Shown here: piece by piece, positions 61,401 through 64,000 of the stretch
How the letters are laid out: the number at the start of each line of letters is the position of its first letter
Numbering within the stretch: position 1 is the first letter of the stretch
NCBI GenBank assembly: GCA_965644265.1
Contig: OZ286461.1
Location: 95,666,001 to 95,730,000, forward strand
Length of the DNA: 64,000 nt
DNA from: Glycera tridactyla
Lineage: Eukaryota
Reading direction: 5' to 3'
Made by a program: the position numbers and the translations under genes
The notes under the pieces: generated by a model
What the model was told of the DNA's origin: nothing
Databases searched by the model: none
What the model saw: the letters and a program-made list of their open reading frames with translations, nothing else

Positions 61401-63670
61401 ACTATCCAACCCTCAAGGCCTATGTGATCCAGGGGGGGGGGGACTAAAAGGGCAACATTCCACTTTGCATACAACCAAAAGGTGACAAATTAACACATCT
61501 CAGGTCAAGCCCATAGATTCTCTATACAGTTCCCATAGAAGTCACTTACATTGGCGGAGATGTTGAGTGTGTAATATGTGCGGCCAGCCTCTTGAAGAGA
61601 TTCATAATCCAACTGTGATGACACACTGATCTCACCCAACCTTGGAAGCACGATACGAAACTTGGTCGAACCATCAAACTGGAAAAATAAAACATCACAC
61701 TTGGAAACAAAAATTGAATCTTAACAAGGCACTTGAGGAGTAATTCGCACACCTGAACATTTCAAACATTTCCACACATCATAGTCCATGTTTGGTTGAT
61801 TTACAGGATTATTTCGGTTCAAGATGATAGTTGTTGGGGTGGAGTGCATGCATGCATATGTATGTAATCATGAGCCTGAATGATCAAGATCTGTGCATGC
61901 GACACTGGAGCCAGATCATGATTTCATTCCACTGGCCGCCATTACTGACATGCCACATGAAAAAGGTTAACCTAAATACACACTGACATTTGACCTAGCT
62001 GATGACCTTCATAGTAAGTCAGTTTTCCTGCATGTCCCTCTCTCTTCTTGGGACCATTAAGTACTGGACCACATGCCTGGAGGCCACATTTGAGACATCA
62101 CCTTGAGGGGATCATCAGTCATGCTGGATAGTGCCCCTGTAGTCATCCAAATGTCTTGGATATCATGACATTGTGGCCAGTGATTTATCATGTATTATTG
62201 CTCAGATAAAAGCTGTCTTTTGATGTGGATTATTACATATGTATGTGTACAAATAGTCATTTTCACTAGCTACATTCCTTGTTATGAAACCTGATCTGCT
62301 GATACAGTGAAACCTGTCACGAGCGACCCCCGACGAGCGACCACCTCTCTTGAATGACCATTTTTCCTGCCAAAATTCCAAATACTTCTAAAATGACCTC
62401 TTACAAGCGACCAGCTCTCTAACGCGACCAGCGACCGGCATGAATAGTACTGATTACCTGCGACGAACGACCACTCGAGGCGAATAGATGTATTGATTAG
62501 GGTTGTGATGGCCGATGATCCCGTGATTGGACAAACGACATCTACTCGCCACTGCTCACTCATGCTTCACTGAATAAGGACAAAGCCTATTGTCCGGTCG
62601 TTCGAGCCCGATGGACTAATCTCTCACAAAGACATACCGGGGGACATGCTGATACTGTGATAACAGGTCTACAGAACGATTTACTCGCGAAATGTCCATT
62701 GTTTATTGCGTTGAAAGCAGCAGTTTCACCGAACACATGACGAAACTCACGGGCCCAAAAGGAGAATGAAGAAAAATGGCGGGATTCAAAATCGTCTCCA
62801 CCGGCTTCAGAAACACATATTTCTTATTAATAAAGACATTTCAAAGGACAGTTTATGATAATCTCAATTTCTATGATGATATTTCTTTGCGTATTCAACG
62901 TTTCGATCACAGATTCGTTATTTTTAATGCTGTTGGGAACCGGGGATACCCGCATAAATTATGTTGATGAGGGCTTCCCTTGAAGAACATGATGGTTTCA
63001 CTCAGTAAGTTTGATGCGGCCGAAAGCGCACAAATTTTACTGTTTCTGGCGAATAATGGCGGTATTTCCTCATGGAGATGTTGGCATTTGTCAACAGTGG
63101 AGTGTTTTACGCCTCTTTCGTGCCATTTGCGTGTGTTTTGCAAAATATCCGGCAAATGTCGATGTTAATTCCGCAAAAGGTTAGTTGTTGTTGTTGGGCG
63201 ATATTGGGAGTATTTGGTATGGATACATGTGTTCGCGGCTGGGTCCAGCTGATCGAACCTGCGACGAACGACCACCTGTCTTGAACGACCACTTTTTCTT
63301 GCTTTTTAGGGTGGTCGCTCGTCACAGGTTTTACTGCACATCAGCACAGAGATTCACTGACTCCAATCGAAAATCATGACCCTCTCAACTGTTTGTGGCT
63401 GTTCATCTGTGTATTGTGTGTATCATGTCTGGATGTGTGTGCACACGCATGTGTATCAGCATGTATTCATCCATAAATCAATATGTTTGCACAGATAAAA
63501 AGATGCACATAATATACAAAAAATAGCAAATGATCACTGGATAAGAGTCAGATACTTACAACATTTGGCTCAGGGGATGGAACAATGTTGAAATCGATAT
63601 CTCGATGACGACCAGCATCAAGATCCGTCGCTAACAATCCTTGGAAGATCACTAACCCTACAGGAGTATT
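4245..63670 (-). CDS. Giant multi-exon cadherin-repeat protein, partial at both ends (49 exons, about 2760 aa, about 26 EC domains); Fat-like in size, N-terminal part PCDH15/Cad99C-like
   Basis: All 49 exons have AG/GT boundaries, compatible phases and cadherin motifs (DxD, LDYE/LDRE, AxDxGxP, DxNDNxP or RNxxxP). Summed length is 8280 nt with no stop. No signal peptide, TM or cytoplasmic exon lies in the window. Confidence 0.93.
4924..5109 (-). CDS. Cadherin exon 48
   Basis: LRVKAADGGTPPRTSTTVVDITVIRNLNEPTF...LSATDDDDE. Confidence 0.9.
5559..5693 (-). CDS. Cadherin exon 47
   Basis: SPFNEVDLSLIGDGAGPSFFDINEEGSIRVKNDARLETDSQTQYS. Confidence 0.88.
6156..6347 (-). CDS. Cadherin exon 46
   Basis: VIIGAEDNGNPSLSSENSATVTVTVDRNKNTPTF...VGFRDDDAQ. 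Confidence 0.89.
6711..6842 (-). CDS. Cadherin exon 45
   Basis: TPDNEVRYSVAGDDLARSYFMVQEKTGVILLKQSLSLDTSEMYT. Confidence 0.88.
7405..7590 (-). CDS. Cadherin exon 44
   Basis: VRVQVKDGGSPPRSTVTVVSITVNRNLNKPRF...VSAEDADLR. Confidence 0.9.
8213..8344 (-). CDS. Cadherin exon 43
   Basis: EPFNSLEFSIIGDDAAPNFFRIDKNNGAITVSNNLESDGTRVYK. Confidence 0.9.
9379..9564 (-). CDS. Cadherin exon 42
   Basis: LNVYAVDEGTPVKRTGPNIVIINVVRNEYTPQF...VSATDQDPA. Confidence 0.9.
9977..10090 (-). CDS. Cadherin exon 41
   Basis: NPNNIVTYELDHTYFAISDSGTISLKRSLLGDGTREYR. Confidence 0.87.
10158..10229. repeat. (TG)n microsatellite
   Basis: Direct observation. Confidence 0.95.
10366..10551 (-). CDS. Cadherin exon 40
   Basis: VRVQVRDGGNPAKQSTAILNVNVLRNLNAPQF...VRATDADEK. 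Confidence 0.9.
10865..11191 (-). CDS. Cadherin exon 39 (fused double exon)
   Basis: IRVEAVDMGNPPKRSPSPANIIINIKRNQNEPRF...ARDADTTEPFNQLFYQIIGDDSATNYF...EIDYQ. Confidence 0.9.
11728..11859 (-). CDS. Cadherin exon 38
   Basis: APNNLIRYSIKTDSPSHVYYMIDPVTGLITLKKSLLEDGSQRHE. Confidence 0.88.
12493..12678 (-). CDS. Cadherin exon 37
   Basis: LKVLAIDGGTPPKSATATVSITVNRNLNEPRF...VTATDQDIV. Confidence 0.9.
13273..13404 (-). CDS. Cadherin exon 36
   Basis: APFNTIRYAIIGDESAPTYFSISEDNGEIRVKTSLQTDDETFYV. Confidence 0.9.
14073..14270 (-). CDS. Cadherin exon 35
   Basis: IKVTAFDLGVPTPCYANRNVTIRVTVDRNQYAPTF...VQASDRDNK. Confidence 0.9.
14592..14729 (-). CDS. Cadherin exon 34
   Basis: APFNVVRYQIVGTPLSEEYFYINEMSGAIFQRKPVQLEPTQATLYE. 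Confidence 0.89.
15233..15418 (-). CDS. Cadherin exon 33
   Basis: VRVRAYDNGVPPKQNVTTVNVDVNRNLRCPSW...VKAEDGDVQ. Confidence 0.89.
16117..16248 (-). CDS. Cadherin exon 32
   Basis: DTYNSVAFEIIGDGAGATYFRINPQSGLLTVGADLTTDTLTEYL. Confidence 0.88.
16693..16884 (-). CDS. Cadherin exon 31
   Basis: LLVRARDGGFPALYSEQQATITVNVIRNNHYPIF...LSATDADPE. Confidence 0.9.
17449..17586 (-). CDS. Cadherin exon 30
   Basis: VPYNRVSYELAGDAQAANFFLIGATNGEIKLKASLLQDPLKSEVYT. Confidence 0.89.
18277..18462 (-). CDS. Cadherin exon 29
   Basis: IRVQASDGDSPPCQVTTIITVTVNRNLNRPVF...VEATDADLR. Confidence 0.9.
19035..19166 (-). CDS. Cadherin exon 28
   Basis: PPYNQVSYAIIGDDNAPTYFEINAEDGNVRIKRSLNDDSTEVYK. Confidence 0.89.
19298..19579. 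mobile_element. MITE-like element with an inverted repeat of about 31-36 bp
   Basis: tgttcagttacgcaaacaggagctaacgttc versus the reverse complement of gaatgttagcttctgtttgtgtaactgaaca (28/31); CAG...CTG ends; no TSD seen. Confidence 0.55.
19880..20223 (-). mobile_element. tRNA-related SINE-like retroposon with an 11-bp TSD and partial tandem duplication
   Basis: cagaatatagt at 19869-19879 and 20224-20234; B-box-like GGTTCAAATCC on the minus strand; about 91-bp segment duplicated at 19881 and 20132 (251-bp period). Confidence 0.65.
20490..20681 (-). CDS. Cadherin exon 27
   Basis: LTIQARDGGDPALNSNQNARVTINVARNLQCPRF...VQARDSDQK. Confidence 0.9.
24640..24684 (-). CDS. Orphan or alternative cadherin exon inside the intron between exons 26 and 27
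   Basis: ttttcag|LTVEARDHGYPMLST|gtaagt; phase 0, paralogous to the start of exon 27 (LTIQARDGGDP). Confidence 0.5.
25871..25987 (-). CDS. Cadherin exon 26
   Basis: VTYYLIGDSLAQQFFMVDEDTGEVSVRKDLATDTNTRYV. Confidence 0.88.
26664..26996 (-). CDS. Cadherin exon 25 (fused double exon, shifted donor)
   Basis: DQFGVVEYTLIGDDSATTYF...AYDNGTPAKS...RNLNAPRF...EATDSDEQEPFNL|gtgagc. Confidence 0.9.
27194..27710 (-). mobile_element. Non-autonomous Helentron-like element (HINE/DINE-1-type architecture)
   Basis: On the minus strand: TTTT-CATGCCCCGC 5' end, (CCCA/CACA)-like microsatellite, about 2.3 internal tandem units of about 145 bp, inverted GCGGGGCAT, short ACTCA-C-TGAGT hairpin, CTAGTT end. Confidence 0.65.
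28000..28320 (-). CDS. Cadherin exon 24 (fused double exon)
   Basis: APNNDFIFEATGDETALGFFEV...AHDLGTPSLSSDDAMINIAVIRNDNAPRF...RATDADPS. Confidence 0.9.
28741..28926 (-). CDS. Cadherin exon 23
   Basis: VRVVAFDNGNPPRSATAIVYVTVLRNFYAPTW...VTANDRDAA. Confidence 0.88.
29523..29654 (-). CDS. Cadherin exon 22
   Basis: EDFRMVNYGIIGDDSAPTYFRINDETGQITTVTSLTSDTNELYR. Confidence 0.88.
29740..30094. mobile_element. Two adjacent degenerate MITE remnants of related type
   Basis: gagtgtaacctg...gattcaactg|ta (29740-29913), then repeated taagcagccac motifs with an inverted gtggctgctta (29953-30094). Confidence 0.5.
30242..30436 (-). CDS. Cadherin exon 21
   Basis: PVISARDRGLPVSKQATNRASVTVNVVRNENAPIF...VQAQDSDTA. 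Confidence 0.88.
30956..31093 (-). CDS. Cadherin exon 20
   Basis: TPHNQIIYSMSGDALAMEYFMVDEDTGYLSLKKSVALDPSRNTRYQ. Confidence 0.88.
31934..32113 (-). CDS. Cadherin exon 19
   Basis: VRILATDGGDRSAEGLVTITVNRNLHAPSF...VTAIDNDIQ. Confidence 0.88.
32521..32652 (-). CDS. Cadherin exon 18
   Basis: ELFSRISFSLSGDGKATRFFKVHPETGLVSIARNLQEDSDLVYV. Confidence 0.87.
33222..33407 (-). CDS. Cadherin exon 17 (first RNxxxP linker)
   Basis: ITVAAKDMGSPVLSSTSQVSVNIVRNNFAPVF...VTVRDDDTD. Confidence 0.9.
33850..34110 (-). CDS. Cadherin exon 16
   Basis: DENDFTPAFEKAVY...IRETAPIG...ALDQDPEGPNSDIRY...PLDEDRETSRYT. Confidence 0.9.
34409..34488. repeat. (CA)n microsatellite
   Basis: Direct observation. Confidence 0.95.
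35577..35789 (-). CDS. Cadherin exon 15
   Basis: AVDMDQTKSIAYVITRGDTGRFRLDEVSGRLTTIQPLDYERQREY...IAITVM. Confidence 0.9.
36022..36185. mobile_element. TA-flanked MITE, same TIR family
   Basis: TA|AAGTGAAACCTG...TAGGTTTCACTG|TA; internal gagaccacc motifs. Confidence 0.7.
36273..36516 (-). CDS. Cadherin exon 14
   Basis: (S)FFVIDAESGQIRTSAPLDYE...INVEDMEDMIPIF...VPENEQGYLITTVE. Confidence 0.9.
37396..39290 (-). CDS. LINE ORF2 3' part: reverse transcriptase and C-terminal domain
   Basis: NYRPISILP, QSGFRP, FLDFKKAFDTVNH, GVPQGSTLGP, YADDT, FKYLGV, SFSYFGPKQWNSLP; frame stays open back to the insertion junction at 39290. Confidence 0.92.
39660..41534 (+). CDS. Crypton-type DUF3504 tyrosine recombinase (KIAA1958/KCTD1-related family), intronless
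   Basis: EYEPVTL, KQGKG, FGRRG (R), SKTRTG (K), CPVRAY, TNHSARK (HxxR), VTGHK (H), SLNNY (Y); first ATG at 39660, while the ORF track starts at GTG 39624. Confidence 0.88.
   Translation: MLPLLKVGEKVKYKGCLAVVEKIESPLGFREFTIRLESGIVRICARYLLEKLEYSDNDQPGVDLDSVAEPSSEVSEVEMDSEDDELLVIAATQAESEQVDIQVESPESNTESTSKCDQPHRFVDMTVPVDDFIESNQNKQTVRKTRGHIELLKSYFLTIGESREVEDIPPLELRDLLSKFFLCVRTKKGAEYEPVTLRSMLGSFNRYLCQKDYSESLIEGSTFKKMREALKSKQDLKKQGKGNGPMQAGELTDAEIDQLYEKKQLGCHSPTSLLNTMWFMMCVHFGRRGGCEEHRNISWGDVTLSYDRVKNKECLKFQERTSKTRTGADPRDMLRVTPTVWERPDEPDRCPVRAYKLYAKKRPATYSNPTDPFYIGVNTADKCPPLNSRWFISQPVGRHKLASIMKNMVKEADMESDKRLTNHSARKYLVQKLSASNVPPNLIMQVTGHKNVNSLNNYSKLTGHQHHQISSILGDTHNSEVARPPQPGCSSWIEPGNNPPNALHGSHHHAGTGSHHHVGTGSQVLNHFVPRPASAQNDMLPPQSLALPTNQVISSSQMCQTSTVAVTDSRGEMSNCDGSMGSMFRGCNIQKVVVNYNTYNNMPRQYNRVKRLVYSDSSESSQSQ
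41833..41991. mobile_element. 159-bp inverted-repeat element (MITE-like)
   Basis: Perfect 16-bp inverted repeat GGGCCCATTCGACTGG / CCAGTCGAATGGGCCC; no clear TSD. Confidence 0.6.
42177..42353. mobile_element. Tc1/mariner-pogo-type MITE nested in the YR element
   Basis: TA|CAGTGAAACCTG...CAGGTTTCACTG|TA. Confidence 0.8.
42520..43480. repeat. 210-bp tandem repeat array, about 4.6 copies
   Basis: Anchor gaagtgattcc at 42592, 42802, 43012, 43222 and 43432; internal units near-identical. Confidence 0.95.
44320..44465. repeat. About 146-bp subterminal palindrome
   Basis: Perfect 38-bp outer arms at 44320-44357 and 44428-44465, plus an inner stem of about 22 bp. Confidence 0.93.
44475..45540 (-). 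CDS. LINE ORF2 5' part: 2A-like peptide plus APE endonuclease (interrupted)
   Basis: LLLLAGDVEMNPGP, HQNICS, ISETWL, LGDINID, TRPTR, LIDII, GLSDHDMV, PWLTDE. Confidence 0.9.
45703..45986. repeat. 142-bp tandem duplication in the LINE inter-ORF spacer
   Basis: catggtacaacagcaggtattgaagaa at 45703 and catggcacaacagcaggtattgaagaa at 45845. Confidence 0.85.
46167..47207 (-). CDS. LINE ORF1p (coiled coil plus RRM/CTD, L1/Transposase_22-like)
   Basis: EQMNRGNMLIFDGIKE, DIDFARRMGK...KTRPILVNF, IFIREFLTPARASL...W.QDGEI; open 346 aa. Confidence 0.82.
   Translation of the reverse strand: MEGALSMRASRFQPWVPDMFNTEPASTKRKALNTSLISDPNSPDKFKKLAISTPVQSTPAARYLEPDFQSFIGGSFIENHSSINETMMQQQTGEPQDPATEQYIRMLSDQNVRQMLKGIFEESQAVLTSRVENLSTNNVIQDKRLSELEFRMDSCEQMNRGNMLIFDGIKEELNEDLASGIIRFAQQPLQVMVTNNDIDFARRMGKIEPNKTRPILVNFNRLSIRQLIFQSRMKLAKLDLKIFIREFLTPARASLMFEARKYRRAGLLASQWSQDGEIKVAIQKGGQPITVKSFEHLQAIVNTSPPRDIMPVGPADPIASQQQMLKSLSQSVQNMEAHFNASKMTQ
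47236..47576. repeat. Five dispersed copies of an about 22-bp motif in the LINE 5' UTR
   Basis: c(c)gactttccagtgtttcac(g) variants at 47236, 47404, 47451, 47494 and 47555. Confidence 0.75.
47670..48450. promoter_or_regulatory. CpG-enriched cluster of CCAAT boxes plus an E-box upstream of the LINE
   Basis: GCCAATC at about 47672, 47721, 48019, 48069 and 48439; CACGTG at about 47765. Confidence 0.3.
48729..48787 (-). CDS. Cadherin exon 13
   Basis: ATDVDQGDNGHVLYAVPDN(S); ends phase 2, matching exon 14 across the 12.2-kb intron. Confidence 0.87.
49410..49538 (-). CDS. Cadherin exon 12
   Basis: SATTTLSIVVTDINDNSPVFTTPPDVVFTVRENQNNEFIGTVQ. Confidence 0.9.
49881..50054 (-). CDS. Cadherin exon 11
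   Basis: ATDPEQDPLQFFITDGNPDDVFAVGQNTGIITIANYLDRETRDHYTLKLKATDQDSSR. Confidence 0.9.
50721..50850 (-). CDS. Cadherin exon 10
   Basis: Starts phase 2; (R)ESLTIVNVIVVLDQNLGPIIPAPQYSLTLSEGVLLNSDVFTVP. Confidence 0.85.
51448..51644 (-). CDS. Cadherin exon 9
   Basis: VEATDADSGSYGQVTYSI...VDRDETYLITVEARDGAPPSSQ(R); ends phase 2. Confidence 0.9.
51873..52017. mobile_element. TA-flanked MITE, same TIR family
   Basis: TA|CAATGAAACCTGTCT...AGACAGGTTTTACTG|TA. Confidence 0.75.
52349..52504 (-). CDS. Cadherin exon 8
   Basis: VIVTETGVDNPRSSSADISVKVQDMNDNSPEFPPSGYIVTLKEGEGRRPVVQ. Confidence 0.9.
52914..53048 (-). CDS. Cadherin exon 7
   Basis: TEDDEETQFTYRVDGTGIFGVTTDGFVVLNVNDLDYETTKEVNFK. Confidence 0.88.
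54056..54259 (-). CDS. Cadherin exon 6
   Basis: AEEVSEIRRFTTSTLTVHITSTNEYPPEISS...YENSG...LIPSDPDQ. Confidence 0.87.
55044..55156 (-). CDS. Cadherin exon 5
   Basis: Starts phase 1; (G)TPDNYDEYFSIDSNSGLVLQHQGIDRQQYREIVMVVK. Confidence 0.87.
55690..56070. repeat. Degenerate relative of the 27.2-kb element
   Basis: Shares tttttgcactcagtga, aaattcaagatggc and aaaacataatg motifs in the same order. Confidence 0.4.
56101..56188 (-). CDS. Cadherin exon 4
   Basis: VGQLTIGPEPIKAEDRDTLNYPIQYSLLG(G); ends phase 1 at gtgagt. Confidence 0.85.
59202..59290. mobile_element. Left part of a CAGTGAAACCTG-family MITE
   Basis: TA|CAGTGAAACCTGT with gagaccac motifs; right end not seen (N gap follows). Confidence 0.5.
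60755..60919 (-). CDS. Cadherin exon 3
   Basis: DDSYEFPRRTSYTTMRVTITDGDDQGPTFKYNGCYTYLGGCIDPQYYASVPSNSV; resembles the PCDH15 DGDDLGPMF..C..C..Y linker. Confidence 0.88.
61550..61678 (-). CDS. Cadherin exon 2
   Basis: ttccag|...|gtaagt; FDGSTKFRIVLPRLGEISVSSQLDYESLQEAGRTYYTLNISAN. Confidence 0.88.
62305..63336. mobile_element. 1032-bp non-autonomous Tc1/mariner-pogo-type element
   Basis: TA|CAGTGAAACCTGTCACGAGCGACC ... GGTCGCTCGTCACAGGTTTTACTG|CA; about 27-bp TIR, repeated acgaccac motifs, no transposase ORF. Confidence 0.75.
63560..63670 (-). CDS. Cadherin exon 1 (in-window numbering)
   Basis: tag|...|gtaagt; NTPVGLVIFQGLLATDLDAGRHRDIDFNIVPSPEPNV. Confidence 0.85.
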
Positions 63671-64000
63671 CTATAATGGGAAAATGACAGCAAATTTTAG
63701 TCTCATCTGGTAGAACATGCATGATTTCCTGAGGTTATGTAAAGAGGGGGAGAAGCCACTTGCAGTGGTGGATCCAGGATCTTCAGAGTGAGGGGGTGAA
63801 GTCTCACATGGGGGTGTGGGGCAGGCCAACAAGCAGCCCTCCCTTCCTGAGTGGATGCTCAGATCTGGGGTTGCATAAGAAGGGGGCACAAGCTGGGTGC
63901 CTCTCCCCCTCCTATGACCACCATGTTAGCAAAAGACAAATATCTAAATACACAAAGCAGACAATCTGGTGGATCTTTCTGGTGTATGCTTGTAGTAGAT

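Noticed and set aside
56189-61549. Several microexon-like AG...GT snippets (about 58130, 58880, 60110, 61185; also about 1416 and 2970)
   Set aside because: Exons 2-3-4 already join in frame into normal domains, and such motifs are expected by chance in AT-rich introns.
4245-63670. Assigning a firm gene symbol (FAT4, PCDH15, Cad99C) or a host species
   Set aside because: The similarity rests on remembered motifs and the diagnostic C-terminal domains are outside the window; a phylogeny is needed.

Overview
Animal (invertebrate-like, AT-rich) genomic DNA. Almost the whole window is one large minus-strand cadherin gene, open at both window edges. I traced 49 GT-AG exons by hand between 63670 and 4245; they splice into one open frame of 8280 nt (2760 aa, about 26 extracellular cadherin (EC) repeats). 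The N-terminal repeats resemble PCDH15/Drosophila Cad99C from recalled motifs. They are followed by 18 consecutive non-canonical 'RNxxxP' linkers arranged as a strict two-domain higher-order repeat. The 12.2-kb intron 36517-48728 holds a nested transposon stack. A young CR1/L2-group LINE (ORF1, 2A-like peptide, APE, RT, (CTCAT)n tail) has its ORF2 split cleanly, without target duplication, by a 5.2-kb element. That element has Helitron2/Helentron-like ends, an intact Crypton-type (DUF3504) tyrosine recombinase ORF, a 210-bp tandem array and two small inverted-repeat inserts. Other introns hold TA-flanked MITEs, a HINE-like element, a tRNA-like retroposon with an 11-bp TSD, an orphan cadherin exon and microsatellites. 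Five N gaps (295-470, 16529-16657, 33692-33822, 49246-49403, 59323-59541) all fall in introns. All family assignments come from motif recognition, not database searches.
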